DNA of 13,643 bases from Octopus sinensis. Lineage: Eukaryota. Shown here one piece after another: positions 8,830 to 13,643 of this stretch. The stretch covers positions 1 to 13,643 of the forward strand of contig NW_021826009.1 of NCBI RefSeq assembly GCF_006345805.1, in the 5' to 3' direction. Below the pieces are notes generated by a model. It was not told the DNA's origin. It saw only the letters and a program-made list of their open reading frames with translations, and ran no database searches. The position numbers and the translations under genes are program-made. Positions within the stretch are counted from its first letter, which is position 1, and each line of letters opens with the position of its first letter.

Positions 8830-9305
8830 CCTTTTTCTTGTTATTCATCATCTGCTTCTTTACTTTTTACGTTTTGTATTCTTCTTTTCTTGCGTTTTGT
8901 TCTCTTTCTACTTTTGTTCCATTTTCCTTATTCTTTTGGTTTTCGCATTTTTCTCTATCCTTTTTTTTTTTGCTCCGTCCATTTTCTTTATCTTCTTTGC
9001 CTCCATCTTGTTCAAGGTTTTCTACATTTTCGTTTTCAAAGTTGTCTTTGTTATTTCCGTTTTCTTTTTATTTTTTACTTTATTTCTTCCATATTCTTCT
9101 TCTTCTTCTTCTTCTTCTTCTTCTTCTTCTTCTTCTTCTTCTTCTTCTCTTCTTCTTCTTCTTCTTCTTCTTCTTCTTCTCTTCTTCTTCTTCTTCTTCT
9201 TCTTCCTCTTCTCTTCCTCTTCTTCTCCTCCTTCTTCTTCCTCTTCTCCTCCCCTCTCTCCCTCATCCTCCTTCCTTTCTCATTCTCATTTTTATCCTTT
9301 TGTTT
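8830..9305 (+). repeat. polypyrimidine tract: pure (TTC)n core (~9094-9205) with decayed flanks
   Basis: Seen directly. A-depletion explains the stop-free ORFs in all three plus frames. Confidence 0.93.
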
Positions 9306-9855
9306 AGTCTCGCTTCTTCCAACAAACAACGAATTCTCGCATGTACGTAACAAAATTATTTACAAATTTGTTTAAGACATCGTTGATATCGATATAATTA
9401 TGTTTTCCAGCGAATAACGAAATTTCATTTCCGAACAATGCATTGCATTTAATCTAGGCGAAATGGTTTTAGCGAAAATTGCAGAAACTGTAAATATCCG
9501 CCGGAAAAAAGAAGCAATTTTTTAGCCTTATCTTTTTCAAAAATTTTCAGCGAAAATACATCGACTTTACTAGTTCAATATGTATTTGTGAGTTTGGTTT
9601 TCTATTCTACTCTCTTCCATATTTTCATTTTATTTCTAATTCCAGAATTATAGAACTTTTGAGTGTTAATTTAGAATATTCAAAATATGTAAATGATATT
9701 GAAAAGTACGAATAAAAGTTAAAATAAAATTACCGCGGTAATTGTGTTCACACGTACGCATGCTTCGATGTGTATGTGTGTGAGTATGTGCGTGTATATG
9801 AGGGGGGGTGTAGGTCTTCGTAGTTCTTTCATTTCAGTTATTCGTGTCAAAACAG

Positions 9856-10373
9856 AACTCTGCCGAGGTCGACTTGGCCTTTCATCCTTTCGGGGTCAAT
9901 TAAATAAAGTACCAGTTTCGCACTGAGGTCGATGTAATCGACTTAATCCCTTTGTCTGTTCTTTTTTGTCCCCTCTATGTTTAACCCCTTGTCGGCAGTA
10001 AAGAAATAGGTATTCGTCTGCCGCTACGTTCTGAGTTCAAATTCCGCCAAGGTCGACTTTGCCTTTCATCCTTTCGGGGTCGATAAATAAAGTACCAGTT
10101 TCTCACTGGGGTCGATGTAATCGACTTAATCCGTTCGTCTATCCTTGTTTGTCCCCTCTGTGTTTAGCCCCTTGTGGGTAGTAAAGAAATAGGTATTCGT
10201 CTGCCGCTACGTTCTGTGTTCAAATTCCGCCAAGGTCGACTTTGCCTTTCATCCTTTCGGGGTCGATAAATTACGTACCAGTATCGCACTGGGGTCGATG
10301 TAATCGACTTAATCCCTTTGTCTCTTCTTGTTTGTCTCCTCTATGTTTAACCCCTTGTCGGCAGTAAAAAATA
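9856..10373 (+). mobile_element. family A SINE multimer, 5'-truncated, 3 tandem ~183-bp units, 17-bp TSD
   Basis: The junction AAGAAATAGGTATTCGTC occurs at 10001 and 10184. The TSD is TATTCGTGTCAAAACAG (9839-9855) / TATTCCTGTCAAAACAG (10374-10390), with one mismatch. Confidence 0.94.
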
Positions 10374-11029
10374 TATTCCTGTCAAAACAGCATTTCTTGT
10401 TTAACCACAGGTCAGCCGAACTCAGCATATCTATAATCATAGGCGTCCCAAAAGAAATTATCCTGTCCCCTACTCTTTTGCATTGTTTTGGTATTTCTCA
10501 GACTATAATCATTAACAAGTCTTTTTTTAAAGAATTAGTTTGTTAGTTAAAAGAAACTGGTTGTTATTGCACGGGGATATAACGACCATCTAATCCTGGA
10601 TGTTGTATTAATAACGTTCGTATTTTCTCTAATCCAATCCCGAACAATGTTCTTATAAGTACATCTAAGAAGGGGGAATGGAATAGATATATTTTTTAAT
10701 TAATATAACGGCCATCATGTGTATAATTGCTTATGGAATTATACCCCATGCCTCCCTAAAATTTTTGATTTTCAAATTGTTAATATTTCTGGTTCAAAAT
10801 ACAGCATTCATTGCGCTGGTCAAATAAAACCAGTACATGTTTCTCGCATCCACTGATTGGTTTAAAAATCAAATAAAGTTCTATTTCTACAGCAATTTCT
10901 AAATTTTGAACGATCCTCAGGACACACGTGACCGGTTTCTGTCGGAATAGTTATACATATTATAATAAAACATTCGTCTTGCATTATAGCTCGTCATAAA
11001 GTTTCTAATTCTGGAAGGAATAATATCAG

Positions 11030-11590
11030 TTAAAGGATTTCTAGTTTAAGGAGGGTTCGTTGCATATGATTTTACAACGAGGTAGACTCAGCCAATGTTA
11101 TACACATTTCTGAATTTTACAGCTGCCGAGAGCAGAAGAAACAACATTGACCTCTTTGGAGGTGTTCGACATTCAGTCTCATCAAGTGTCAATAAATCGA
11201 TCGATATGTTTCTTGATATACAAACAAAGACAGATGTATCACAAATATAAAAATCGATCGTGGAACACTTTTTTTTTCCTGTGGTTCTAACATATTGATT
11301 TTTTTTTCAGGTTTACATAATACTGTGCGTGATAATATTGTCTATGTACGCATATATGTACATATATATATCTATATCTATATATATATTATATAGATAT
11401 ATATATATATATATGTATATATGTATATATATATATATATAATATATATATACATAGATATATGTGTTTGCCTGTAAATTTATATATATATAATATATAT
11501 ATATAAATTTACAGACAAACAAAAGACGAACTATTTATATATTTAAACTTATTTATATATATATAATATATTTCTATAAGTATATATATA

Positions 11591-11626
<36 letters not shown>

Positions 11627-12119
11627 GCATGTATGTACGTATATATTATATAAGTATATATATATATATAATATATATATACCTGTAGGTAAATAGAAAA
11701 ATTATTCGTTGAATCGTTCGTTGTGGCATAGGAAAACTATTTCATGCGATTTCTTCATATCTTCCGGTTCTGCATTGCAAGTTCGTCTCCCACAATTGCA
11801 GACTGGTCGACTAAAACATTAGCTCCCAGATTGCTGGCCTCGTATCGATTTTCGAATGAAATACAATCACAAAGTATGGAAAGCCAACCGATGTCATACT
11901 CACTGGTTTTCGTTTTTATATTCATAAATTTAACGCTAGGTAAATCCCGAACGAGATTATCTGCGACTAGCATGTTTCATTTAGAATCAACCAGCGTTTC
12001 TCTCACAGAAATTGGAGGTAAAAGTTTTTTTTAGATGCTGTATTTTCTACTTTCACTATGAATATTTTTTCTCTGTCTTTTCCTATTTCATTCACATCAT
12101 TCAGAAATCTGTTCGCCAT
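11030..12119 (-). pseudogene. decayed Crypton/DUF3504-like tyrosine-recombinase element, split by a (TA)n block
   Basis: Ordered remnants on the minus strand: MANRFLNDVNE (ATG at 12119; cf. MASRF..VSE); FMNIKTKTSEYD (cf. F...RKKDG.EYE); NRYEASNLGANVLVD (cf. RYL......NIL.D); AEPEDMKKSHE at 11741-11773 (cf. I.PED.KKLYE); TIQRIIF (cf. LQRKVFF). After the microsatellite come LLSAAVKFRNVYNIG (within 11091-11141) and KSYATNP (cf. TGH.S..SLKSY). Stops and frameshifts are present. Confidence 0.6.
11345..11681 (+). repeat. (TA)n-rich low-complexity block
   Basis: Seen directly. Confidence 0.95.
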
Positions 12120-12269
12120 CAATTTCCGAGATATTGACTAGATTTCGAATAAATTTTTTATACTATGAATTGTATTCCGTACGAGATAGCAGTATTGATT
12201 ATGATGCATTACTTCACGTTGTTGATAAAAAAAAAAACGCCATTTATAATTTATACTTTAAACATAATC

Positions 12270-12422
12270 ATGTGTGCGTGTGTGTTGTGTGTGTTGTGTG
12301 TGTAGGCGTCTTTCTGTATATGTATCTCTAAGCACACATACATATATATATACACACACACCACACACACACACATATATATATTTTCAGAATATATATA
12401 TATGTATATATATATGTATATA

Positions 12423-12459
<37 letters not shown>

Positions 12460-12860
12460 TATATTATATATATATATATAATATATATTATATTATAATA
12501 TATATATATATTTATATATATATACATATATATACATACATACACACAAATATATATAATATATATCACACGTTTATATAAATAAATTGTACTTTATATA
12601 TAGCATATACATATAATAGTATATAATCAATGTAAATATAGATATTTACATACATAATGTATGTGTATTAATAGCTATGTCTATATACGAATGTGTAAAT
12701 ATATATTAACATTTGTACAATTATACACGCAAATACAAACACACATACACATACACCACACAGATACACACACTCACTAGAACCACTCAAACACACATAT
12801 ACACTTAAATTACAAATATCCGTCTATATAGGCATACATATATATATTACATATGCATAC

Positions 12861-12910
<50 letters not shown>

Positions 12911-13200
12911 ATATATATATATATTTAGAGAGAAAGAGAGAGAGATAGAGAGAAAGACAGAGGGAGAGAGATACTTAAATTTTTAAAAATATTTGTACAC
13001 ACATAAACACACATATTTACACACATATATATACATATATATACTGATATATACAATTAGATTACTAAATATAACGTATATATGTATGTCTGTAAATATA
13101 TATATATGTGTGTGCGTGTGTGTGTGTGTGTGTTTGTGTGTGTATTTATATTATTTATATACACTCACATTCACACACACCCAAATACGCAGACACAGAG
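12270..13200 (+). repeat. long compound (TG)/(CA)/(TA)/(GA) microsatellite field
   Basis: Seen directly. Confidence 0.95.
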
Positions 13201-13594
13201 AAAAAGACATCCTTACACGTTTGTTTGTTGTTGTTGTTGATTTTTTCTGTGGAACCCTTTCTGATCTTGAATACTGATGTGTTTTTATCTTTCTTGGAGG
13301 GTGATTGTCTTCAAAATTTATAACCTTATCTCGTCGCTAACGTCATTTTTTTTCGGATAGGAAACGAACACATCCATTAATAAAATCTTGAATAAAGAAA
13401 ATTGAACGTAGCAACCTATTATATCGTTATTCTGTTCTTTCGTTCATTTTACAAAAGAAATCTTCTGCGCTTTAAATTTTTCACAACCACCTCTGCAAAG
13501 CAGGAAAAAAAAACAGCAAAGAATAAGTATACCAGATATTTTTAGTTGTTTCTGCGATCTGATAATTTAAAATGTAATGTCTGTTTTGAAAGTG

Positions 13595-13643
13595 TAAGCC
13601 AATAATGGCCGAAGTTTGAAACCGGAAGCCACTAAAGCCGGCT
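13595..13643. promoter_or_regulatory. possible edge of a housekeeping-type promoter (CCAAT, YY1-like, ETS-like motifs)
   Basis: GCCAAT (13598-13603), AATAATGGCCG and ACCGGAAG (13621-13628) cluster within 35 bp where GC content rises at the window end. This rests on short motifs only. Confidence 0.25.

Noticed and set aside
8801-9375. Three overlapping 168-188 aa plus-strand ORFs and a Glu/Lys/Arg-rich minus ORF
   Set aside because: They are products of a (TTC)n/polypyrimidine tract that lacks stops in all frames, and they show no domain-like sequence.
9480-9580. Helitron-like 3' end (…TTTACTAGT)
   Set aside because: There is no convincing GC-rich subterminal hairpin and no identifiable 5' TC end.

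Overview
AT-rich, microsatellite-dense eukaryotic DNA, either intronic or intergenic. The SINE families look like those of octopus or another coleoid cephalopod; this is recognised from memory, not from a search. No intact protein-coding gene is supportable, and nearly all listed ORFs come from simple repeats or SINEs. The window holds at least four tRNA-SINE-type families and three heavily decayed autonomous-element fossils: an RTE-like non-LTR RT (+, ~3430-4010), a Penelope-like RT (-, ~5060-5800) and a Crypton/DUF3504-like tyrosine recombinase (-, ~11030-12119). It also contains several inverted repeats. The most striking structure is one SINE family that occurs as a TSD-flanked monomer (5934-6166) and as two independent TSD-flanked head-to-tail multimers (8 units at 7052-8538; 3 units at 9856-10373). 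Both multimers use essentially the same junction, joining the SINE 3' end to the 3' side of the hairpin loop in its tRNA-like head. This suggests a multimeric, possibly circular-RNA-derived, retrotransposition substrate.
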